This document shows, in pieces, positions 23,791-36,534 of a stretch of DNA of 64,000 bases. Position 1 is the first letter of the stretch. Each line of letters opens with the position of its first letter. The stretch spans positions 3,506,627 to 3,570,626 of the forward strand of contig MU004230.1 in assembly GCA_010405405.1 (NCBI GenBank), given 5' to 3'. The notes under the pieces were generated by a model. It was not told where the DNA came from. It saw nothing but the letters and a program-made list of their open reading frames with translations, and searched no databases. Position numbers and translations under genes: made by a program. The stretch comes from Microthyrium microscopicum. Lineage: Eukaryota.

Positions 23791-25046
23791 GAAGGTTGAG
23801 TAGACCCAAATTGGGTCCCAAATGTATCAAAAAACCATAGAGTAAAGTCGTCGTTAGGCGTCGTAACGTTGGAAATGTATTGTGCGATTGGTTTGGATCA
23901 GTGCTCTGATCAACAAGCTTTCGCGATCCTGTATCTAGTCTGCATGCTTGATAGCTTAGGAAGGCAGGAAACGACACAGCGGTGATAAGAGAAATCTTCT
24001 CTCAGTGAGGACGTAAGACAGGTATCCGCATCGTCGTTAAAGTGGTATATTGCGGGAACCAAGCATCGCCTATAAGGCTGCAACAAGGCTGAAGATGTGC
24101 AAACGATCTTTAAGCCTAAAGCAGGAAACCTTGCAGTCTATTAAGTGATTACCAGACCCCTGTAACTATTAATATTCGACTTGAGCTCTAATCTTTCTCT
24201 TTAAACTCTAATATATATCCGTAGGCGTATCTAATGCAAGAACAGGAAACGGGCCGAAATTCCTCCTCTAGCTTCGCTTACTCGTTCATGAGCGACTCAT
24301 TAGTCGCAGTAATTGTAGACACTTGGTGGCTTCCGGTGGAACTGTTTGGGCTTCTTTTTCCGAATAAAATATTGTGAAGGAATGAGAATTGATAGATATT
24401 CATCACGGACGGAACAATATATGCACTACCCGTGCAAAACCTCTACGGCACAAACAAAGCAATCATCTCGTTTTGGGAACCTAAAATCGACTTTGTTCCT
24501 GCAGTAGATTTCCCCAGATTCTTTCTCAGTATACGTTAGGCCCGCCTGATAGGTGCGCGCTGAAGAAGCAATATATTCTCTGTCTTTGGTATCACTCTCG
24601 AATGGGGCTAATTTCCCGAACTACCCTAAAGCATCCTACTGAACGGTTCATAGTATCAGTTACGACTCCATGAATGTGTACTAGTCCGTTTCAAGTCCTA
24701 CTTTAAGCTAGGAGGTATGTTTCTTGCTCACTTCGCAACTATTGCAGTAATAACCAAAAGAAGTAGTAGTAGTGCGCTAGATAATTGCGATTTGTTTCGC
24801 AAAGCTGTTTCTAAGATCTGCATCGGTGTTAACAGTAGCCGTTATGAACCGGGGAGCTAACGTATATGGATTATCCGACAGCTTACTTCTTCTTTGTACA
24901 CTTTGATCATTATAATAGTTAGCTTTATCTTTTTCAACAATCGCACAAGTGTATTGCGCCGTTACCCGTATTGGAGCTCTTTTTGTCCTACTTATTTTCT
25001 TGCAACAATACCTAGCGACACAGAGTGTAGATTTCTCTCGAGGAAG

Positions 25047-26634
25047 ATGGCACACCCTAGGACTACCCGTACTACAGGGCCCCGCGTCGATTTCTCCGAA
25101 AGCTACGATCCTAGCGTTCTCAAAGGCCGTTCTGCTCTGGTTACTGGCGGATCGTTGGGGATTGGGCATGGCTGTGTGGAGAGTTTAGCTGAGAATGGGT
25201 AAGGGTCTCTCATTTTCTATATCTTATCATGTCTCTGCGCTGGCAAAACCTCCTTGGCAACACGGCGTAGGCTGTTGGAGGTCTATATGTATGGGCCCGC
25301 GCATGCCAGCATCAACGCAATCTCGACCTCAGTGACAAGTCTTCAGACTGGCGGTCTCGATTTCAAAATGGGCAAATTCGGCGCGATCACAGGAAGAGCA
25401 CGGCAAGGGAGGTTGCATCAGGGGTGCATTAAAATCGACGGGAGTCTGGACGCGTACAAGGCATACATGGAACATGAACACAATGGCTGATACATTCATT
25501 TTCGCAGAGTCTACGTCACGTTTGCAGACGTCAACGCTGAAGCAGGACAAGCAGCTGAGAAAGAACTCAAAGACAAGGGATTGAAGTAAGCATTATCATT
25601 TCATTCGTCGTAGGGAAGCTATTATACTACACAATTACCATTGGTCGGCATAAAAATACAACATAGGTGGTATAGAGCAAGAAAAACATCGCTAATAATG
25701 CACCCAATCGCAGTGTACAATTCGTACAGACGGACGTATCATCATGGGAAGCCTTGGTGGCTGTTTTCAAGGCCGCCGTCGCCTTCTCTCCATCAAACAC
25801 CGTCGATATTGTCATTCCCAATGCTGGGGTAGGTGGCGTCAGCGTTGCCCACTGGCTTTCAAATACCCCAGTGAATTCTGTAACGAATGACCCGCTACCA
25901 CCACCAACACGATGTGCAGACATCAACTACATGGCAGTCCGCAACACCATCTATGCGGCCATGTACTACTTCAGGAACTTTCCTGGCAAGGAGGACGCCA
26001 CGCATTCGAAACAGATTATATTCGTCGCTTCCATGGCAGGATATTCGCCCATGGCTTCTGTTATTGACTACAACAGCTCGAAGTGGGGTGTGAGAGGAAT
26101 GTTCTGGGCATTGCGAAATGTTCCCCATATTCTTGGTGAAGGCAAACCGTTATTCCGAGTTAACTTGATAGCTCCAACATGGGTCAAGACGAATTTGACA
26201 GCACGATTCCAACAACTCATAGAGGGTGGGAACTCCACAGTCAAGATGGCGGAAGTCAGTGACTGTACTGACGTTGTGTTGAGAATGGCGTCGGACGAGA
26301 AGGTCGTGGGTATGTTGAAACTGAGACAAAGTATCGGAAGTTTTCAGATATACTGACGGGTGATCCAGGTCGGGCCGCTGCAATTGCCGCGGACAAGAAG
26401 AGCTTTGACGTGTGTGACGAATCCGAGGGTCCTGGAGCAGCTCAAGTATTGAATGATCCCGAGTATCTCAAGTTCTTTGGCTATGGGCCAGCAGTTGAGG
26501 TGTCCAAAAAGCCTTCCGAAGCAGACTCAGCAAAGTTCCTCGATTCAGCTGCTTCAGAAAAGGTTCCGAACCCAACAGTTTTGTCTGTGGAAGATTCGCT
26601 GAAGGCAGCTGTGCCAGTACCCAACGCAGCATAG
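25047..26634 (+). CDS. Short-chain dehydrogenase/reductase (classical SDR)
   Basis: ALVTGGSLGIG, VQTDVSSW, VIPNAG, VASMAG, YNSSK (YxxxK), VNLIAPTWVKT. Introns at 25199-25507, ~25586-25713 and ~26310-26369. Confidence 0.92.
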
Positions 26635-26907
26635 ATAGTGGAGTCGTACGTGGCGGGATAGAAACCATCAACCGGGTTGGCGACGTGCTGCGATACGCAG
26701 GCGAAGATATCTTTCATGTAACACAGCACGGCGAAAAGAAAAGATTGAGCCAGGGGTATGAAAGCTGTTTTCGTGACTAGCGCCGCTGTGTAACACAATT
26801 TTGACGCAAAAGTCTCCGTAAGAGGCTTGGTGAACCCATAAGCTGAAAATCCAAAAGGTCTTGATTCGAGATTTGCGCATGCATGGAATCTGCATTAGAC
26901 CGCCTGC

Positions 26908-28016
26908 TCATTTGGTGGCCGTGGAGTGAGAACCATTCGACACTGTCTCTTCTTGGCCTGGCCACCTTTCCAGCTGGCTTTCCAAGTCGACCTCTGGAAT
27001 TATGGGCGAGCGCTTTTCACGTATTCGTTCATCCCTAGTGATACCTCTGCTTTCGTTCCACGGCGCATACTCTGTAGGACGCCTAGTATTCCGGTCGAGT
27101 TCGCTTATGGCACTGGTGCTACCGCCGACGAATTGTCCAAGTTTGTAGGCTTTGAGTTTGTCCAACGCTGTCTTAAAGTCGTCCAGAATTATGGTGTCAG
27201 TCAGACATTTGAAGACAAAAGCCAGTTTCCAGAAAGGGTTCAAGCCATCAGGGAGAGCATGAGAGATGATGCTGGTGACTGAAAGGCAGTCCAGGATAAT
27301 AAAGCAGATTGACAAGAACATGCTGAACAGCAGCACGCCGAACCGTGGAGACACTTTTATTAGCTCCACAAGGCCGAATTCGTAGCGACGTTTGATGTTC
27401 CAGAACAAGTTCACAACCGTAAAAATCCACCATGGATCCCTGAGGCACAGATTAGTTAACTTCACCTTTGCTGTCACGTTGCTATCACATACCGGAATAT
27501 GGCTTCATATGGTCTAGTTGACTCAAACAAGTTATTGATGTTGTTGAAGAATGTGAAATTCGCGTAGATTTCCAGAACCCAGTAAGGTTGGGCAAGGATC
27601 ACAGTGCCAATATATATAAGGCTGACTTTCCTGGAAAGGAAGGGTTTGTTTTTTATCCAGGCGATAACATTGTGCAAACTCCAGCTCATGTTCAGGAAAA
27701 TAGCTGTGACTGATAGGTACCAACCGTATGCGGGAGGATTTGGAAACATGAAAGTCCCATGTGGCATGCCCATGATTAACTCGAGAAGAATGAGCTTATG
27801 TAGCAGCACGCCCCGGCGCATGTTGGCGATTGTTATTCCTGTCATCAATAATTAGATCTCCCAGACAGACCATGGATCGAAGCACGACGACGTACCTGCC
27901 ATGACTACCATGGCTCCAACCATGAAGCCTTGAGACCATGATTCCAAAGTGACCGAGGCCACTGCTGATGGTTTTTGAGTTTCATGATTCACCACAGTCC
28001 CGTTGCCAGTTGACAT
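26908..28016 (-). CDS. Conserved fungal polytopic integral membrane protein (3 exons)
   Basis: Spliced ORFs give several hydrophobic helices with LESWSQGFMVG, NMRRGVLLHKLILLEL, HNVIAWIKNKPFL, FRDPWWIFT, GLNPFWKLAFVFKCLTDTIILDDFK. Confidence 0.8.
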
Positions 28017-29998
28017 GATGCTCCGAGGTTCAATCACAGTGGCATAAAGGGCGGAGGAGGCAACGCGTGAGGTGGGAAGGATGACAAGGGAAGCGTAAAG
28101 CAAACGGAGAGAGAAAGGATGATGACGATGTGGGAATAATGAGAAAATACACAATTTGCTGATCACTTGAGGTTCGGGCCGCGATGGGATGCAGAGAGGA
28201 GTAGACCTAGGTTTAATAGGGACGAGTTAGGTACAATAACAACCAACCTTCACGATGAGTGGGCGAGGCTGACTATCCCAGTCTTGAAAGACTACTGACG
28301 TTTCCCAAAGGACGACTTGCACGACACAAAGCAGGAGCTGTCCTGTTGCAGCACCACACAGACAAGACACACTTGCCGACTACGAGAAAGCCTCGCAGTG
28401 GAACTGTACTCCAACACCGACTACTTTCGGATGGGCCTGTGACCAGGCCTCGGGAACCTTGCTTTCAGGTGGAGGTACACACCGTCTTTCGATGATAAAA
28501 AGGCTCTCGCCTACGAGGTATCGTCAAAAGGCATCAAAGAGCCAAACCTCTTTGTTGGCGGCTGCTTCCGCCCTTGAATGCGGGGAAACAAACGAGTTGA
28601 AGGAAGGACCCACATCGCGTCGGGAGGGATCGAGGGAACATTTTACTCCATAATACTGATAATTATGGGCAAATCACCGTACAAACCAGGAGGGTAACGG
28701 GGACTATTTCCACAAGCTTGCAGGTCACGAGAAACCGGGGGCCGACTTGGAGCTCACCAATTGAAGAAAAGGATTGACCAACGCCACCATGCAAACCGCC
28801 ATCACTACTCCACAGTATCAGCCAAGCAAACGTGTCAACTATTCGCAACTTCGCAAGTCTGTTTTTCAGTCTGCCTCTAAACGGACGCGATGAAGGGGAC
28901 CAACTTCCGAATCTCATATCAAACCATTGGTTGTCTATGGAGCACGACAGGACCCTCTTTCGTATATCAGTACTTGGAGCTGTGGATCCCATGCACCTTA
29001 TTTCGTTTGGGCCAGACCGTCTAAGATCAAATCCGTTTCCTGTCAAATGATCATCGTTGCGGAGTGGCGTGGTAACACAAAATGCTGAACTTCCGACTGA
29101 AGTCTCCACCCTTTCAGCATTCACAACGGCGGCACACGCGGCTAGATCGAGTCTCGCTTAACTGCCGATATCAAGTTCTTTGTATTGATGAAGCATAAAG
29201 CGACAGCTCTTCAATGAGATTCAGCACAAAGAAAACATGGAGTCGGGAAGAATGCGCTTCCTATAGGAGAGCCTCCGTGGGCGGATGCTGCACCGTATCA
29301 TTGATGACAACCTTTCGTACCGGTCATTCTGAATTTATTCTTGTATGATGTTCATATCATTGACAGGCTTGATTTGCCTTGCCTGATTGATTGATCATTG
29401 GTCAAGAATCCGCAGGCGTAGTGCCATGCCATACCAAGTCCATTAGATCCACAGTACTCTACTCCGTACTATCAAGATCGTGACAGCCAAGCTCCTTGGA
29501 AGAGATAAATGTCAAGACATTGCAGCCTTGGTTCTGTTGGAGTCACTTGATTCAGTTCTTCGGAGCGTTTTCTTTTGTTACAAGATATTGACGAACCCAG
29601 GCCCAGGACTACTTAGATGCCGATTAACTAACACGCTAACCTGATTGACCTGATATACAAAGCTGTCCAGTATCATATCAATCAGGGCAATTCCAAAAGT
29701 GGCCCAGGGTTGTGGAAGACCCTGCATTTAATTTCATGCTATAGGAAGTGACGAAGAGGAAGTGTAATCTCTCATCCATCTGCGACGAGATGTATACGAG
29801 CTCTTGGCCGCCTTGTAGCAAGTCACCCGCTTCGCTGCTGGAATCATGATCGCCATATTCGAGAGATGTGGTAGCTGCAGTCTTTCAAGGTAAGTGGTAT
29901 CTCAATATGCTCCAGTATGCACCAAGCTAGTAGTAATACAAGATGGTTATGTGCCTCATGCTCAGGAGCAGCAATTATTTTTAACAGTGTTTATGCAA

Positions 29999-31574
29999 TC
30001 ATCGACGAGTTCCATTTCTTGACTGCCAGTAGTCGTAGTCGAAAGCAACCAACGTTCCAGCAATTGCCATCACTTCGTCGAGCTCTCCTTTGGCATTCTT
30101 CATGCTATCACCGAGTCAGAATTGTTACTATCGTAGGTTCAAGGAAAACTTACCCGGCATGAGCTCTAAAGTCATAGTTGCATTTGATATACATTGAATC
30201 TCCGGATTTGAGAGGAACGGGCTTGTCGAATGCGCAATGCGTTTGATGGGCAATGTGCTCGCCACCCATACCATGACCTGCGGCCGGAGGTCCCATTTGT
30301 CGCTTTGAGTGTGAGTGACCACCAGGCATTTCGCTGCTTGGGCTCGCCATTGATCCGCCTGGGCTGGACATTCCTGCTGGTGCGTCTTTGCTATAAGATG
30401 CTTGCGATGTGCATACCGCTTTATTGTCCAGATACACCTGAGTTTCAACGCCACCTATGAAAGATTAGCCAGTGATGCGAGGCATCATCTCTGGGATCTA
30501 CCTACCATCGTGTAGATGCGAGTTTGCTCCAAGGAGGAAACCATCCTTGGGTGTCTTCCAGGGCATCGAATATTCTTCGAATACATCTCTCATAGGCTGT
30601 TGGGTGGCGGTCAGGTTGGTAGGACCAAATGGATTATTGGTGTCCTTTCCAGTGCAGCGGTCTGGTCCAACACTTATCCATACGATTTTGCCTTCCTTCC
30701 ACTCTGGGTCGAATCCGTCAATGTAGTTGTAGTCAAGAGTGACCCAGACCCACTTCTCCTTATCTTCCATGTTCATAAGCTCAGTGTTTAGAGCAAATGA
30801 ATCAGATTTGCGAACATGATATGCTGATTTCATGCCTGATTCTGGCGAATAGAACTTGAGATCTGAACGCTCGTTGCCAGACTCAAAAATGTGTTCCGAG
30901 TCCTTGTCGCAAGTTGCATCTCGAACTTCTTTACCCATATTGACGAGAACGACATGATGTAGCCACGCTCCAGTGACGTTGTTTGGCACCGCTTTGCCAT
31001 CTTCGTACTCCATGCCAGCTTTGATATCGAGGATCATGCAATTGTCTTGACCACATGGCTTCCTTGCACCGAACTGGAGAGTGTTGGTCATTCCAGTCGC
31101 TTGGAGCATATAATATTCGACATTCTTTTCGGAAGTGGGAGGGATGCGGTATGGCCCATATCGTATCTTCTTATGTTGAGCTTTGAATTCTGCTGGGTAT
31201 CGTTTTGAAGGCTCAGCAAAAACTTCTGCCACTGAGGCCACGGGCTTCTTCTTTCCCAGGCTGGTGATTACATTCCAGAACGATCCGAGATAAGCTGCGG
31301 CCTCGCTGCTTTGGCGTTTTCGAAGATTTAGATTTGATGGGAGGTTCTTTGTGACTGCTTCTAACATTATCCGCGCTACATAACATGGTCAGAACGATAC
31401 TAAACAGTTTTATCCGCTTCACTAACCATTCTTAGGCAGAGTATATGGATTTTCTCTGAAATACTGCAACGCCTCCGCTTCAGAGAATGGCTGTTTCTGG
31501 ACATCAGTTTGTATCACAGCCGCACTCCCAGCCTGAACCCCTAGAACGATTGAGACTGCCGTTGAAATCTTCAT
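29999..31574 (-). CDS. Secreted PHM/dopamine-beta-monooxygenase-like copper protein (4 exons)
   Basis: Signal peptide MKISTAVSIVLGVQAGSA and RKR processing site. Motifs IRYGPY, WLHHVV, SGNERS, ELMN, SHLHDGG, NYDF..HAG. The last exon, absent from the ORF track, reads MKNAKGELDEVMAI..GTRR* with the stop at 29999-30001. Confidence 0.7.
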
Positions 31575-32294
31575 TTCTGCAAATTTTGAGCTGAACGAGG
31601 TTGCCGATTCCACCGAAGATCATCTGTGCAAACTGGAAACTAAGTGATATATACCTAAAGCCGCAACCTCGCATATTTCAGACCATAGTTCACCGCGAGG
31701 GGGTTTGGTAATAAAAATTGGCCAATAGCACCATTTGCCCCTTAACAAATCCTGTACATTTGTCCGGTTATTACTATTCAATGGTTATCTCACTTGGGCG
31801 AAAGCGTAGAACAGGCCAGACTGCAGTCCAAGAACGCAAGGGCAACAGCCAATGGGCTTGTCGACTTCTTCTTGTGCAATCTAGGTTCTGTGCGTAATAT
31901 AGCATATGGGGGAGTCTTCCTAGTCTTAAGATGCAAAGCATAGATGAGATATTGATGAAGCGCAGAAATCAGTTGTTCGTTTACTGCTAACATCTAGATA
32001 CTTTCAGGCATCACGCCGTCTTACGCGCACGGATAGCCGAGCCAGGACTGAGAAGACCGATGTATGGCACGTTGCCGATTGTGGAGAGCTCCAGACTTTC
32101 TGAAACGAATCTCTAGCCATGGGAACTTGTAATACTACTTTCACTTGGAAGATATAAGAGTACTCAGTCTCACGATCATCAAATCATGGCTCGATGTATC
32201 TTCGAGTGTGAAATTGACTACCAAGGCCCATCTCTTTTAACGGATTCTAGAAGATCCCTCTGACTTGCACAAGCTAAATGCCTTGGTCTTTCAT

Positions 32295-32334
32295 TGTGGA
32301 AGCAAGATGAATAGTGTGGAAGCAAGATGAATAG
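32295..32334. repeat. Perfect 20-bp tandem duplication
   Basis: TGTGGAAGCAAGATGAATAG occurs twice back to back in intergenic DNA. Confidence 0.9.
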
Positions 32335-33343
32335 CTTCATATTGAGATCTACCAACACGACATGGGCTTCTTCTTTTGCGTCGTCAACACAGTAAATTTC
32401 GCCCCGAGAATCTTCAATCTATAGATGAAAAGCCTCTCACTTGCGTCAATTACTGAAACCGAAGCACTTGGCAAAGATCACTGAAATTTTAAGCTATGAG
32501 AGGCAATTTCGGCAAGTCTCCGTTGAGATTCACCCCGGTGTACGGATATATATAGAGACTCTGAAGAACTGTTCGAGATTTTCCGATTTTAGCCAGGAAA
32601 CAACGCTTGTCTTTTGTCGACCCTTGGTAAGGTTTCTCCGGGCTAGATAAAGTTTCAACTATCCGAGTCTTGGGGACAGATAATCCTTCAAGCAGTGGCC
32701 AGGCCCTCGAGACAATGGGCAGGGCAGCGGCGACAATAAATTGCCGTTGTGCACCAAAATTATCAAAGTCAATGCGATTTGTCTAGTTCAGGGTCTTTCA
32801 AGCATGTTCAACCACTAAGAAGCCACTATTAAACATGTCTCTTTCTTTGTCCGCAGTTATATTGTTTACATGGATCACACCATACCAGCCTATAATCGTT
32901 GATTGTTAAGGGCTGTCAGCGATTGACTTTGACACGCCTCTGCCCACTAAGACTTACCCTTTATTTGCAAGGATAGTAGCTTCTTAGCGGTGAGGTAAGT
33001 TCGACAGCGGTAAAGCACCCTTATACATGCTCGACCTCAGAATAATGGTGGCGTAGATGCACGCAGCATGGGGATATAATGGATAATCCCTTTACGTTTC
33101 TGCTGTAGACCAAATTGGAATTCCAAGATTTCGCCAATTTACAAAAGGGTAGATAAACTTATCAAATTATATGACTGTGCTCTTTAGAGGTCTTTTAGGT
33201 TTATTAATCTAAAGGGTTCCTAAATGGTAACTGACACTGTGGCGAGGAACAGTACCTGTTAGAACCAAGCATGGTCTACCTATTATAAGAAATTCTTGCT
33301 GTTGCAAATCGTTTTGTGAGAGTTGCTCAGTTCCTGTCCGGCA

Positions 33344-35452
33344 ATGATGTACACTCCTTTGCGATTGTGGTTGCTTCTTGCGACCATTGAAAGTGTCGCA
33401 TTATGTGCCCCTTCACCACAGCAAGAACCAAGTCCGCTAGACCTGCCACCATCAAAACCATATCAAAGTGTCTTGCCATCGCTAAAATCCCATCCTCCTA
33501 AAGTATCGAATGGCACATCTTCTGGTCACTCCGCGCCTGCTGCGCCGCCGAAATCCAGCAGTGTTTCCTCGGCCAAAACCTCGCCAACGGGCTCCAGCGC
33601 CGCGATTCCTTACCGCAACACGACTTCGACGGGCATAATATCTTCTGCGACAGCTAGCCCGAAAGCTTCTATGGCGCCACCTTTCAAAGTGCCAGACAAT
33701 TTCCCTGGAAACGATGAGTGGTACCGGCCGCCAGCGGGCTTCGGAAAGGAAAAGACAGGGGCATTGTTGAAATATAGAAAGACCCCAAAAGCAATATCTT
33801 TGGACAACAAAAGTGCTTTGAAGATGAAGGAAGCATGGCAATTGATGTACAGGACCCAAAACACAGTTGGGGAGCCCGAATCATCTGTTGTGACGGTTTT
33901 GGTCCCGTACAATGCTACGAGGAGCAACGTCTTTGCATACCACTGGTTCTCTGTAAGTGATGGAATATGGAATCAAAGATCGAGAAGTAGCTAACATTAC
34001 CAGGATTCTACTTACCAAGAGTACGACACAATCTCAACTATTTTCTATCAATTGCTAACTTCATTTTAGCTGCAGTCCATCTCTAGGAATGCAGGTTGGA
34101 ACTCGGACTGACAATACTTATACCCAGAAGCAAACTGGTATTCTAGTTTCCGCTCTGGCTCAAGGTTGGCATGTGGTCGTACCAGATGATGGCGGACCAC
34201 ACGCCATTTTCGGTGAGCTTCAATTAGAAAGTGCACGATAAGCATCACTAACTAAGACCAAGGTAACTCGAAGTATCTGGGCTATTCTATTCTCGACAGC
34301 TTGAAGGTAGTCGTCAATTCAACAGAGATTGTAGGCTTAGATCCAGATCCCATTGTCACAACATATGGATATTCAGGCGGAGCGATGTCCGGAACCTTTG
34401 TATGTCCTGAATCGCATAAATTGTTGAGATCGTATCCTAACATGAGTAGGCCATGGAAATGCAGCCTACTTATGCGCCAGATCTTAAAATCGCCGGAGCA
34501 GCACTTGGTGGATTGCTTCCAAACATGACTTTCGTAATGAGTATGTGTCACGATTTTATTCATGATTTAGGCTTACCATTCACAGCGCATATGCATTATG
34601 TGGCAAATCGATCTGCCTATGGACCTCCATTGATAGCTGGATTCGCAAAAGAATACGCCAACTTGACCAACTGGCTTGACGAGAACTTGGCACCAGAACA
34701 CGCAGAAGAGTTCCGTAAGGTGTATACGCAATGCTACGATGCAAACTGGGATCTGTTCAGCAAACGTCCTACAACTGAATACTTGAAGCGAGGAATAGAT
34801 TCATTAGAAGATGCCATTCCAGTTAGCGTGTTTAACAACTCTGGTAAGCCTATACGACAACTTGATGATGTGCCAATGGTCTAACTCTTTCCAGGAAACT
34901 TGGGACAAAATGGAAGCCCAAAAGTCCCTCTGTATATATATGAGGTGTGTATCATCTGTCTTGCGCCAAATCAGAATTTCACTAATAGTCTACAGACTGT
35001 TGGAGACGATGCCTCTCCTGTGAACTTCACAGATGCTATTATCACGAAATATTGCAAGGAAGGAGCAAACATTGAAGTGAGTTCGTCGTGACAATTCGTA
35101 TAGATTTACTGATGAACTGGTAGTACGAACGAAATCCGATTCGTATAACCCACAGCGAAGAAATGGTCGCCGGTATGTTCTTGCAATTTTTATTCTTTAG
35201 CATGATCCTCGTATCATACACCTGATACTGACTTCCGCAGGCTTACCTGGAGCAATGAGATGGTTACAGGATCGACATGAAGGCAAAGATATAGTCACTG
35301 GTTGCCGGAACTCAACCGAGACTACATTCTCGAAAGATGCCAAAAAGCAAGGTCATTTGGTCACTGGTATTCTAGGTACGCTTTTCGCCTACTTTGGATT
35401 CACCATCGGACCAGATTATTGGATAGCGCCTTTCACAATGTTCTGGCCTTAA
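33344..35452 (+). CDS. Secretory lipase (Candida LIP / CAL-A-like family), about 10 exons
   Basis: Signal peptide and Ser/Pro-rich linker, then DEWYRPP, AWQLMYRT, SVVTVLVP, DSTYQDCSPS, GWHVVVPDDGGP, nucleophile GYSGG, MQPTYAPDL..GAALGG, VGDD and TH. Nine GT-AG introns identified by eye. Confidence 0.9.
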
Positions 35453-36534
35453 TAGAGCTGCGTCACTCGTAAATCTTCTTTGGAGTAAGGCCCAAGGGAG
35501 ATGTTTAATATTTAAGCTATCAAAAATGTTACATATTTTGCTCCAATATCCTTCTTCGCTGGTCGGTAGAAGAACATACTGTCCTCAGTCATGAAAATAA
35601 GAAAGATGAGATGCTAATCGTCTTTGTTCAAACTGAACATTAGGTCCGCGGCATTGTCAGGTGCTTTGATTTGGAGAAATAGCCATAGATACACGGGGAC
35701 AAGATGCCCTCACACATTGTCCATTTGTGTTTTGAGACGTGAGTTACGCTGCAGCAAAGCTTTAGCCAGATGGCTTCTGGACAAGATTTTTGCGTTGCGA
35801 AACCAGACCATGTCAAAGGAGCCTCTTCTTTTCAATCCAATGGAGGTGTATTGTCGGCGCTCAAGGTGACGGGAGCTTAGCCTTCGCGACCGAGCTGGCG
35901 GAAGCTTATCATGGCAGCTCATAATCAGGCGTAACTAGTTCTAAGTGTTACGCGCTCTCCCAAGTTTCCTTAGAGAACATGTATTGAGGCTTTTGAGCTA
36001 GTTCGGGGAACTAGTCTTAAGGTAGACGATTGCGATCGAATGAATTCAAGGCCAAGATCTCGAGGGATGGAGGCTGTTGAGGGTGGGGATTTCGTGCCTT
36101 TCTTTCTGTTTTATGTTCGTTAGAAGTGACTTGATGTCTAGGAAACCCGGTTTGGTTGCCGGAGCAGCCTCCTGTTACATGTGTAATTACCGTGCGTCGA
36201 GGTTAACTACATGTGCGCAGTAAAAGTAAGGGTAAATTATCACTCAACAAGGAAATTACAAGATGGGGGGTCTTCGCTCACAGAACGAGCAGGTTGTACC
36301 CATGTGTTGTTCACGATAGTAGGAATTTCTTAGCTTAGGATTTCCACCGTGCCTTGGTGTCCATGAGGTGCCATTTTACGCGTTTCTCGTGGGTTGGTTC
36401 CATTGGCTCCTTGCAGTACCTCCAATCTCAACTAGTACAGAAAATATTGTAGTATATATATGAATTTGCAGCGTTCGTCGAGCAACGACATAAGGCGCTT
36501 TGGCGGTGTGGTTAACGCGATGCCCTGCTACCAC

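Noticed and set aside
25254..25490. 78-aa ORF, and a possible TPP riboswitch, in the SDR intron
   Set aside because: The ORF has a non-ATG start and no recognisable motif. The CTGAGA and GAACTTGAT..GATAAT TPP core is absent.
35998..36014. Hairpin CTAGTTC-GGG-GAACTAG
   Set aside because: A 7-bp stem is expected by chance in 64 kb, and no larger structure surrounds it.
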